Under the pieces are notes generated by a model. The model was given only the letters and a program-made list of their open reading frames with translations, was not told where the DNA came from and made no database searches. 64,000 nt of DNA, taken from Eledone cirrhosa (lineage: Eukaryota). A program made the position numbers and the translations under genes. Below, piece after piece: positions 11,101 through 21,800 of this stretch. Within the stretch, counting starts at the first letter, position 1. Every line of letters starts with the position of its first letter. The DNA is taken from positions 25,358,001-25,422,000 of the forward strand of contig OZ024753.1 in NCBI GenBank assembly GCA_964016885.1, given 5' to 3'.

Positions 11101-14100
11101 ATACAGTTGTCCCTGTTCAGTGTGTACTGTTTATGGGGAGGTGGAGGAGGTAATGTCCCACTTACCTGATACAGTTGTCCCTGTTCAGTGTGTACTGTTT
11201 ATGGGGAGGGGGAGGAGGTAATGTCCCAGTTACCTGATACAGTTGTCCCTGTTCAGTGTGTACTGTTTATGGGGAGGGGGAGGAGGTAATGTCCCAGTTA
11301 CCTGATACAGTTGTCCCTGTTCAGTGTGTACTGTTTATGGGGAGGGGGAGGAGGTAATGTCCCAGTTACCTGATACAGTTGTCCCTGTTCAGTGTGTACT
11401 GTTTATGGGGAGGGGGAGGAGGTAATGTCCCAGTTACCTGATACAGTTGTCCCTGTTCAGTGTGTACTGTTTATGGGGGGGGGAGGAGGTAATGTCCCAG
11501 TTACCTGATACAGTTGTCCCTGTTCAGTATGTACTGTTTATGGGGAGGGGGAAGAGGTAATGTCCCAGTTACTGATACAGTTGTCCCTGTCTAGTGTGTA
11601 CTGTTTATGGGGAGGGGGAGGAGGTAATGTCCCAGTTACCTGATACAGTTGTCCCTGTTCAGTGTGTACTGTTTATGGGGAGGGGGAGGAGGTAATGTCC
11701 CAGTTACCTGATACAGTTGTCCCTGTCTAGTGTGTACTGTTTATGGGGAGGGGGAGGAGGTAATGTCCCAGTTACCTGATACAGTTGTCCCTGTTCAGTG
11801 TGTACTGTTTATGGGGAGGGGGAGGAGGTAATGTCCCAGTTACCTGATACAGTTGTCCCTGTCTAGTGTGTACTGTTTATGGGGAGGGGGAGAAGGTAAT
11901 GTCCCAGTTACCTGATACAGTTGTCCCTGTTCAGTGTGTACTGTTTATGGGGAGGGGGAGAAGGTAATGTCCCAGTTACCTGATACAGTTGTCCCTGTCT
12001 AGTGTGTACTGTTTATGGGGAGGGGGAGGAGGTAATGTCCCAGTTACCTGATACAGTTGTCCCTGTTCAGTATGTACTGTTTATGGGGAGGGGGAGGAGG
12101 TAATGTCCCAGTTACCTGATACAGTTGTCCCTGTTCAGTGTGTAGTTTATGGGGAGGGGGAAGAGGTAATGTCCCAGTTACCTGATACAGTTGTCCCTGT
12201 TCAGTGTGTACTGTTTATGGGGAGGTGGAGGAGGTAATGTCCCAGTTACCTGATACAGTTGTCCCTGTTCAGTATGTAGTTTATGGGGAGGGGGGGGGGT
12301 AATGTCCCAGTTACCTGATACAGTTGTCCCTGTTCAGTGTGTACTATTTATGGGGGGAGGAGGTAATGTCCCAGTTACCTGATACAGTTGTCCCTGTTCA
12401 GTGTGTACTGTTTATGGGGAGGAGGGGGAGGTAATATCCGTTACAGGATACAGTTGTCCCTGTTTAGTGTGTACTGTTTATGGGGAGGGGGAGGAGGTAA
12501 TATCCCAGTTACATGATACAGTTGTCCCTGTTTAGTGTGTACTGTTTATGGGGAGGGGGAGGAGGTAATGTCCCAGTTACCTGATACAGTTGTCCCTGTT
12601 CAGTGTGTACTGTTTATGGGGAGGTGGAGGAGGTAATGTCCCAGTTACTGATACAGTTGTCCCTGTTCAGTGTGTACTGTTTATGGGGAGGTGGGGGAGG
12701 TAATGTCCCAGTTACCTGATACAGTTGTCCCTGTTCAGTGTGTACTGTTTATAGGGAGGAGGGGGAGGTAATGTCCCAGTTACCTGATACAGTTGTCCCT
12801 GTTCAGTGTGTACTGTTTATGGGGAGGGGGAGGAGGTAATGTCCCAGTTACCCGATTCAGTTGTCCCTGTTCAGCATGTACTGTTTATGGGGAGGGGGAG
12901 GAGGTAATGTCCCAGTTACCTGATACAGTTGTCCCTGTTCACTGTGTACTATTTATGGGGAGGTGGGGGAGGTAATGTCCCAGTTACCTGATACAGTTGT
13001 CCCTGTTCAGTGTGTAGTTTATAGGGAGGAGGGGGAGGTAATGTCCCAGTTACCTGATACAGTTGTCCCAGTTCAGTGTGTACTGATTATGGGGAGGGGG
13101 AGGAGGTAATGTCCCAGTTATCTGATACAGTTGTCCCTGTTCAGTGTGTACTGTTTATGGGGAGGGGGAGGAGGTAATGTCCCAGTTACCCGATTCAGTT
13201 GTCCCTGTTCAGCATGTACTGTTTATGGGGAGGGGGAGGAGGTAATGTCCCAGTTACCTGATACAGTTGTCCCTGTTCAGCATGTACTGTTTATGGGGAG
13301 GGGGAGGAGGTAATGTCCCAGTTACCTGATACAGTTGTCTCTGTTCAGTATGTACTGTTTATAGGGAGGGGGGAGGTAATGTCCCAGTTACCTGATACAG
13401 TTGTCCCTGTTCAGTATGTACTGTTTATGGGGAGGTGGAGGAGGTAATGTCCCAGTTACCTGATACAGTTGTCCCTGTTCAGTATGTAGTTTATGGGGAG
13501 GGGGAGGAGGTAATGTCCCAGTTACCTGATACAGTTGTCCCTGTTCAGTATGTACTGTTTATGGGGAGGTGGAGGAGGTAATGTCCCAGTTACCTGATAC
13601 AGTTGTCCCTGTTCAGTATGTACTGTTTATAGGGAGGGGGGAGGTAATGTCCCAGTTACCTGATACAGTTGTCACTGTTCAGTATGTACTGTTTATAGGG
13701 AGGGGGGAGGTAATGTCCCAGTTACCTGATACAGTTGTCCCTGTCTAGTGTGTACTGTTTTTGGGGAGTGGGAGGAGGTAATGTCCCAGTTACCTGATAC
13801 AGTTGTCCCTGTTCAGTGTGTACTGTTTATGGGGAGGGGGAGGAGGTAATGTCCCAGTTACCTGATACAGTTGTCCCTGTTCAGTGTGTACTGTTTATTG
13901 AGAGGAGGGGGATGTAATGTCCCAGTTACCTGATACAGTTGTCCCTGTTCAGTATGTACTGTTTATGGGGAAGGGGAGGAGGTAATGTCCCAGTTACCTG
14001 ATACAGTTGTCCCTGTTCAGTATGTACTGTTTATGGGGAGGGGGAGGAGGTAATGTTCCAGTTACCTGATACAGTTGTCCCTGTTCAGTGTGTACTGTTT

Positions 14101-15568
14101 ATGGGGGGAGCAGGTAATGTCCCAGTTACCTGATACAGTTGTCCCTGTTCAGTATGTACTGTTTATGGGGAGGGGGAGGAGGTAATGTCTCACTTACCTG
14201 ATACAGTTGTCCCTGTTCAGTGTGTACTGTTTATGGGGAGGGGGAGGAGGTAATGTCCCAGTTACCTGATACAGTTGTCCCTGTTCAGTGTGTTCTGTTG
14301 ATGGGGAGGAGGAGGAGGTAATGTCCCAGTTACCTGATACAGTTGTCCCTGTTCAGTGTGTTCTGTTGATGGGGAGGAGGAGGAGGTAATGTCCCAGTTA
14401 CCTGATACAGTTGTCCCTGTTCAGTGTGTACTGTTTATGGGGAGGGGGAGGAGGTAATGTCCCACTTACCTGATACAGTTGTCCCTGTTCAGTGCGTACT
14501 GTTTATGGGGAGGGGGAGGAGGTAACGTACCAGTTACCTGATACAGTTGTCCCTGTTCAGTGTGTACTGTTTATGGGGAGAGGAAGGAGGTAATGTCCCA
14601 CTTACCTGATACAGTTGTCCCTGTTCAGTGTGTACTGTTTATGGGGAGGGGGAGGAGGTAATGTCCCAGTTACCTGATACAGTTGTCCCTGTTCAGTGTG
14701 TACTGTTTATGGGGAGGGGGAGGAGGTAATGTCCCAGTTACCTGATACAGTTGTCCCTGTTCAGTGTGTACTGTTTATGGGGAGGGGGAGGAGGTAATGT
14801 CCCAGTTACCTGATACAGTTGTCCCTGTTCAGTGTGTACTGTTTATGGGGAGGAGGAGGAGGTAATGTCCCAGTTACCTGATACAGTTGTCCCTGTTCAG
14901 TGTGTACTGTTTATGGGGAGGAGGTAATGTCCCACTTACCTGCTACAGTTGTCCCTGTTCAGTGTGTACTGTTTATGGGGAGGGGAAGGAGGTAATGTCC
15001 CACTTACCTGATACAGTTGTCCCTGTTCAGTGTGCACTGTTTATGGGGAGGGGGAGGAGGTAATGTCCCAGTTACCTGATACAGTTGTCCCTGTTCAGCG
15101 TGCACTGTTTATGGGGAGGGGGAGGAGGTAATGTCCAGTTACCTGATAGAGTTGTCCCTGTTCAGTGTGCACTGTTTATGGGGAGGGGGAGGAGGTAATG
15201 TCCCACTTACCTGATACAGTTGTCCCTGTTCAGTGTGTACTGTTTATGGGGAGGGGAAGGAGGTAATGTCCCAGTTACCCCTGTTCAGTGTGTATTGTTT
15301 ATGGGGAGGAGGTAATGTCCCACTTACCTGATACAGTTGTCCCTGTTCAGTGTGTACTGTTTATGGGGAGGGGGAGGAGGTAATGTCCCAGTTACCTGAT
15401 ACAGTTGTCCCTGTTCAGTGTGTACTGTTTATGGGGAGGGGAGGAGGTAATGTCCCAGTTACCTGATACAGTTGTCCCTGTTCAGTGTGTACTGTTTATG
15501 GGGAGGGGGAGGAGGTAATGTCCCAGTTACCTGATACAGTTGTCCCTGTTCAGTGTGTACTGTTTATG
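8172..15568. repeat. 68-bp minisatellite array (~108 copies) derived from an exon/intron junction
   Basis: Unit GGTAATGTCCCAGTTACCTGATACAGTTGTCCCTGTTCAGTGTGTACTGTTTATGGGGAGGGGGAGGA, period 68 (9661 to 9729). The last copy runs seamlessly into unique exon sequence at ~15569. Copy number is estimated as span divided by period. Confidence 0.98.
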
Positions 15569-15657
15569 CACTCTCTTCGTATCTTCATCAACCTGGGAAA
15601 CTGACTCTTGTAATCTTTTCACTGACAAATTAGTCAACTCAATGTCTCGTGTGAAAT
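15531..15657 (-). CDS. Internal coding exon (127 nt, phase 1 to phase 2) of a coiled-coil protein, putatively SIX6OS1/C14orf39-like
   Basis: Acceptor ...CTAAATTGCTGTAATTTCAG| and donor ATCAG|GTAACT. Only one frame is open: (x)FTRDIELTNLSVKRLQESVSQVDEDTKRVHKQYTLNRDNCI(R). It resembles, without gaps, the recalled human SIX6OS1 segment CCEDIKENKVTICRIHETINATDEEIDHYCKHSEEIKDNCR. The exon call is firmer than the gene identity. Confidence 0.65.
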
Positions 15658-15794
15658 CTGAAATTACAGCAATTTAGGATTTTTAATTGAAAATTTCCAC
15701 ATCTATCATCATTATTATAATTGTTATTATTATTATTATACCACTGGCCTTATGCCCATATAAGAAACCATTATTATTATTATTATTATTGTCA

Positions 15795-15940
15795 TTAGTT
15801 ACGTCCCTTTACAGTCTGAGTTCAAATCCCGCCAAGATTAACTTTGCCTTTCATCCTTACGGGGTCGATAAAATAAAGTACCAGTAATGTACTGGGGGTA
15901 ATTGCTGGCCTTGTGCCTAACGTAGAAACAATTATTATTA
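15795..15940 (+). mobile_element. tRNA-derived SINE family A (partial)
   Basis: B box GAGTTCAAATCC, then the conserved body GCCTTTCATCCTTACGGGGTCGATAAAATAAAGTACCAG and an (ATT)n tail. Further minus-strand copies lie at ~16025-16150, 16370-16550, 16590-16700 and 21760-21900. Confidence 0.8.
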
Positions 15941-16168
15941 TACCAATAATACCAATATGGAATGGAAAGTACCACTTTCCAATTTTTCAATAGATTATTT
16001 CACCTGAAAGTTCTGTAATAACAAAAATAATGGTTTCTCATTTAGGCACAAGGCCAACAATTTTAGGAAGAGAGAAAAGTCAATTAAATCAGCCACAGTG
16101 TATTACTGGTACTTTATTTTATCAACCCCATAAGTATGCAAGGCAAAATATGAAGGACTGTAACACTA

Positions 16169-16366
16169 TGCGGGTGGGCTGAAAAGTTCATAGGCTCACT
16201 ATGAAGGAGTGGTTCTAGGGCTGTGAAATCTTGCATGCATTAATTGTAACTCTTCTTATTAATAACTGCATTGTTTCTTTCCAGGGACTATGCAGAAAAA
16301 TAAATCTCATTTGGTCATTCCATGAGAGTATCTTCATCAGCCTATGAATTTTTCAGCCAACATTCA
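16169..16366. mobile_element. Tc1/mariner-type MITE
   Basis: TA-flanked TIRs GGCTGAAAAGTTCATAGGCT / AGCCTATGAATTTTTCAGCC. Other copies lie at ~20255-20360 (partial) and ~33379-33553. Confidence 0.8.
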
Positions 16367-18677
16367 TATGCAGCAAAGCATATTGTTTAGTGATCTACCA
16401 ATACTGCCAATCCACTGCCCTTTTAATAATAATTGTTTCTACTTTTGGGATAAGGCCAGCAATTACCCAGTGCATTACTGGTACTTTATTTTATCGACGC
16501 CGTAAGGATGAAAGGCAAAGTTAACCTCGGCGGGATTTCAACTCAGAATGGCAAGAATAATAATAATAATTTCTAATATCATAATAATAATAATTGTTTC
16601 TACATTAGGCAAAAGGCCAGCAATCACCCCAGTACATTACTGGTACTTTATTTCATCAACCCCGTAAGGATGAAAGACAAAGTAACCTCGGCGGGATTTG
16701 AACATAATGATTACAAACATGCATGCCAGAAATTTTAGAGGATGGAATAATAGATTAACCCTCTTGCTACTAAACCACCTGAAACTGCTCTTGGTTCTGA
16801 ATTACAAAACTGTTTTGTTTTTGTTAAGCTTGATAATGAGAAAGTTCTGTCCAGCGTCCTGGGGAATAACAGTGTTCTTACACTTAGTTTAGAAATAGTT
16901 TCCAGTTTGGTATGTAAACATCTAGAAATACAACACTGGGTAACAACCAGTAACAACCAGTGATCAAACAAATCATAGTGTAGATGTATCATCATCATTT
17001 TATATCTGTTTTCCATGGGTTGGACAGGTTTTCAGTCTGAGACCAGATGGATAGCTGGGACCAATCTTGCTTGTCCCATATTTGGCACGATTTCCATGGC
17101 TGGATACCCTTCCTAACATCAATCACCTTACACAGTGTTCTGGGTATATTTTTCAAAACACCAGCACAGGTGTGATTTTCATGATACCAACACCCTACCA
17201 CTTTATAGAATGGACTGGGTGTATTTTGTCGTGGTACCAACACTAACACTTTACAGGGTGTACTGGTTGCATTTCATTGTGGCATCACCACTAATGAGGT
17301 TTGTATTTTAACCCTTTAACATTTAAACCAGCCATATCCGACCAAAATGTTCTCCATTGTTCTATTCAAACTGGTCATAACCAGCTGCTCATACTGACAT
17401 TAAGTTATTGTTCTCAAAATAAACAAGAACATCATCAAAATCTCGTAAATTCGAGATTTACTGTGAAAATACAACAGTAAATATAGAGTAATGTAAATGT
17501 TATGTGAGGTAAAGACTTTACCGTGAAAATACAACAGTAAATTCAGAGTAAATTTTCATTTCTAAAGATGAGATTAATAATCTGGAAAAGTTGCAATCTT
17601 ATTAAAAGCAACTCATTTTCACACATTAAGGTATTCAGAATGTTGACAGTTTGCCAAACTTGAAATGTCTGTGGTCCATTGTGTTATCTCACATTTTTTA
17701 TATAAAGTGGTTTTCTCTTTGGTTTTCTGTCATGATAACAGGGTTGATGAAAATATTGCAAATGAAAGATATCATATCTGTCTTGCAAATTGGATTTTTT
17801 CCAATGGACTGACAGCTCAAAGACACATTTCTCTCTAGGTCAATAATTAAAGACAATAAGGGAAATTGTGATATCTTTTCCAGTGAATTAGCCAACTAGC
17901 TGATTAATCATACAAAAGAAAACACCAAGTTTTTCTATCATCTAAAGCTTGCTCACTGTAGCTTTCAATTTATCAATAATTCACTGTCTAAACTCTCTGA
18001 AAAATCATGTGTTTCTGCTTATTGATTTTAAAAGTTCATGGAAGTTGTTTCAAGCAAATATTAGTACAACTAACTGTGTTATATAGATCAATTGAATAAA
18101 TGGAAAGTATCTGTTTACTTTTACCTTGTCTCTACGTATGCATGTATTTCTATATACTGGCAACTATATGATTTCTTAAAAAGGCATTAAGCCTTAGGTC
18201 TATGTATGGGTAATTGGCATATGAGAAGTTGATGTCTCTACATTATTCCACCAAAAGCCACAAGCAACATAATGTGGTTCCAACATAAAATCAAAATTAT
18301 TATTCAGACTCAATTTACATTGAACATGCTACCACATTATAACATCCACCACTTAGATATGTCCATACACCATCACCACCACCCTCATACCATATTATTT
18401 AAGAGTTGCTGAACACAGCAGATTTGAAGCAAGCTTCTTGTATGCTCAGTGTACAACAAAAGGATGATTCTTACAGTGAAATCATTCCACCTCAATTAAT
18501 CCTGGTAACTTCGTATCATAATGAATAGTCTGCCAAAGGATGATACTAGCCAGGCAAATAACAAGAATATTGGCCAGGCAGCTAATTGGTAGAGTTAATG
18601 GATGATGAAGTACCAGCAGTTCCAAGTGGAAAGAAACTGAAGACCAAGGAAAACCTGGGGAATAGTTATGGAAATAG

Positions 18678-18850
18678 AAGAAGAAGAAGAAGAAGAAGAA
18701 GAAGAAGAAGAAGAAGAAGAAGAAGAAGAAGAAGAAGAAGAAGAAGAAGAAGAAGAAGAAGAAGAAGAAGAAGAAGAAGAAGAAGAAGAAGAAGAAGAAG
18801 AAGAAGAAGAAGAAGAAGAAGAAGAAGAAGAAGAAGAAGAAGAAGAAGAA
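18678..18850. repeat. (GAA)n microsatellite
   Basis: Pure GAA run of ~57 units. Confidence 0.98.
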
Positions 18851-21800
18851 ATCCTTGTTCTAGCTCTCTACACTTTGTATTTAACTTTGATGATGTTGAT
18901 TAGTTCAGTATTTCAGAGTTGTTAAAATAAAATTCCAGTCCAGGGTTAAATTGTTAGAGCATTAAGCAGAACTCCTTGTGGTCTTTGTTCTAGCTCTTTG
19001 CATTCTGAATTCAAATGTTGCTGTGGTCTACTTGGGTAATAGACTCAATCCATCACCTAACACTGCCATCTGGCCCTTGGGTGCCTTTAGTAGAGTCAAA
19101 AATATTGCAATCATCTGAACCAGGTCTGCAGCTTGAGAATACTTCCTTTCTCCCTCCACTAATCTTGGAAGCCCTGAAAACGGGATCATGGACACTGATA
19201 TTCCCTTATCATCATCATCATCATCATCATCATCATATATTATCTGCTTTCCCTGAGCTGATTACGAACCAAGTCATTACTTAATCAGAGTAAGTGAATC
19301 TTACACACTACATTGTTCACCATTATATTATGGCACTAGCACTAAGAAGGTTATCTTGTCTTTGGCACAACTAAAGCATCATCTCTAACCTTATTTGACA
19401 AGTTTCTATGACTCTGTTTGGCAAGTTTTCTAACAAATAAAAAAAGAAAACAAATGAAAAGAAAATCTTCACTAGCTACAAAAGATTTATTAATATTTTA
19501 AAAGTATTGTTGGTTTTTCAATGTGATAAGATAAAACAAAAGATTGAAATCTTAATATAATTCATTTTGTTTTTGTTGGGGGTTTTTTTTAACAGTTGAA
19601 TAGTAAAGATAACAAACACTTCTATCCTTGACATTGTTGTCTTTTAGTTGTAGAATCCCCACACATTGGACAGCAAAAAGTCTTCAGAGAAGAAAGCAAG
19701 TATTTTGGCCCTTAACTTGAAAGGCATGATGAAAATAATAACGGATATTGAATAGGGGTAAGAAACTGACAGGAGAGCTGGACAGCAGAAGGTCTTCAAA
19801 GAAGAAACCCCACTCAAGCAAGTGTATTATAACACCAAAGTAATGAATCCAATGCTCTCATATGAGGACTGGTTTAAGTTCTCTTCTGTTCTGATTCTCC
19901 ATATTAGATCCATTGTTACCACCGGACTATGCACCACTCCACTACTTTCCAACCAGGCATTCCATCACACAACAATGGTACTCTGGAATTCTCTGATATA
20001 CATGTTATTTCCTGCAGTTGTTGACTTGCAAGTGATCAAGGGGAACATTAACTATGTCAATCTCAACAGTTACAGGTCAGCATATGCTATGGGCTCAATC
20101 CCTTCCTCCAGACCAAAACAAAACACATATTGACATAATAGTGACAAAGCTGGTTAAATAGGACTATAATATGAATGCTTCTATACCAACCTACACAAAA
20201 CTGCTTCTAAAGAAGGTTCCTGTTTAAATTAAAATCTTCCAACATGTTTATGTATGAGGGTTGGCTGAAAGGTTCATAGGCTGACATTGAAGGAGTGGTG
20301 CTAGAGCTGTGAAATCTTGCATGATTTAATTTCAACTCTTATTAATAATTGCATTGTTTAGATGACATATATAAGCCAATACCTACCACCAATTTTACCA
20401 TGGAATTTTTGGTTACATATTCCTTGGCTTATATTCCAGTATATACAGTACATGTTTGAACCACACACTATCTCTTTTGATTTTTTTGGAGCAAAAGCAT
20501 TGATGCTTAGCTGCTTTCAACTCTTTTGCACAAAAGATTTACCGTATATAGTTGAATATAAGTCCCCTATTTTATGTCTGAGAAATGGGCAAAAATTTAA
20601 ACCCCATTTATAAACCGAAGCAGCTAATCAAAACAATGTGGATTAGCTGCTTTTTCTGGTCACATATTCCTCAGCTTATATTAGAGTATACATGGTAAAT
20701 CTTCATAAACTTCAACAAACTCATTTCGATTTTAAGCATGCAACCATAATGACCATATATTTATTGCTATGAATGTTTTGACTGCATCTTGGAAAGAAAT
20801 ATTAAATTTTATAGCTAACGAAATTATTTGAAATACCAAATATTTTTACACTTTCGAAATAATAGTCCCAAATGAGGATAATACTTTTTTTAGCTTCTTA
20901 TAAAGAAGAATGAATATTTAAATAGAGTGCTTTATGGTGATAAATTCCAACATTTATTCCCTATAGCTGTTTATTATTCACGAAGCAAATCAGCTTACAC
21001 AATTGATAGCTGTTGGAATTTAATCAAACAGCAACAAATATTTCTTTAAATATTGGAAAAGTCTTTCATAGTTCTCTCCAGTTTTTACTGATTGTATTTT
21101 TAGTTAAATTTTATTGTTACATATCTTATAGGGATTGAATGATTTAGATTAACGATGCTGTTTTGAAATTTTTATCTCAAAAGAATTCAAGTACACTTTT
21201 TAATATTCCTTGATAAATTTTAATGAATACTAGATGGATATTAGAAAAGAAAATGTTTTGTGGCAAACTAGTTAACAACTCTGGGAATTTATGTTGATTA
21301 CACAACTACCAGTTTCAGATGAACATTTTGACCACAATAACAAAACCATATGGGAATTAAATATATTTTTTTCACCATACTTAACAACTATTTTTCCCAA
21401 ATTCTATACAGACATACAATGCAGTCAGTAGTTATTTTACAAAAATAATATATATATATAAAAATAAAAATATGGATAATGAAGATAAATTTAGTTTTCT
21501 AGAACATGAAATGTTAAAGCTCTAATGAAATAGGTGTACACTACATCATATATTTTGGACATATGGTATAACATAGACCTGTAACTCCCGAGAGAGTTGA
21601 ACGAGTGTCATATTAACATACAGCATTTCTTAGGGCATAAAACCTGGTGGAGCCCATCCTTTCTCCAGGCCCAAGTACGTACAGCATATTTCTTTTAGAG
21701 AAGAATAAAAAGTGAGAGAAAGGAAGTGAGAAAGAGATATAGAGGAAGAATCAACTTTACTGGTTCCTTTTTTTATCAACCTCAAAAGGATGAAAGGCAA

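Noticed and set aside
8172-15568. CRISPR array or coding repeat
   Set aside because: There are no unique spacers and no cas genes, and the context is eukaryotic. The 68-bp period is not a multiple of 3, and the short ORFs listed here are by-products.
17640-17900. hAT transposase remnant (VHCVISH, KGNC)
   Set aside because: The motifs are too short and are interrupted by stops, so the call cannot be supported.
18586-18925. Poly-Arg and poly-Glu ORFs
   Set aside because: They come from a pure (GAA)n microsatellite.
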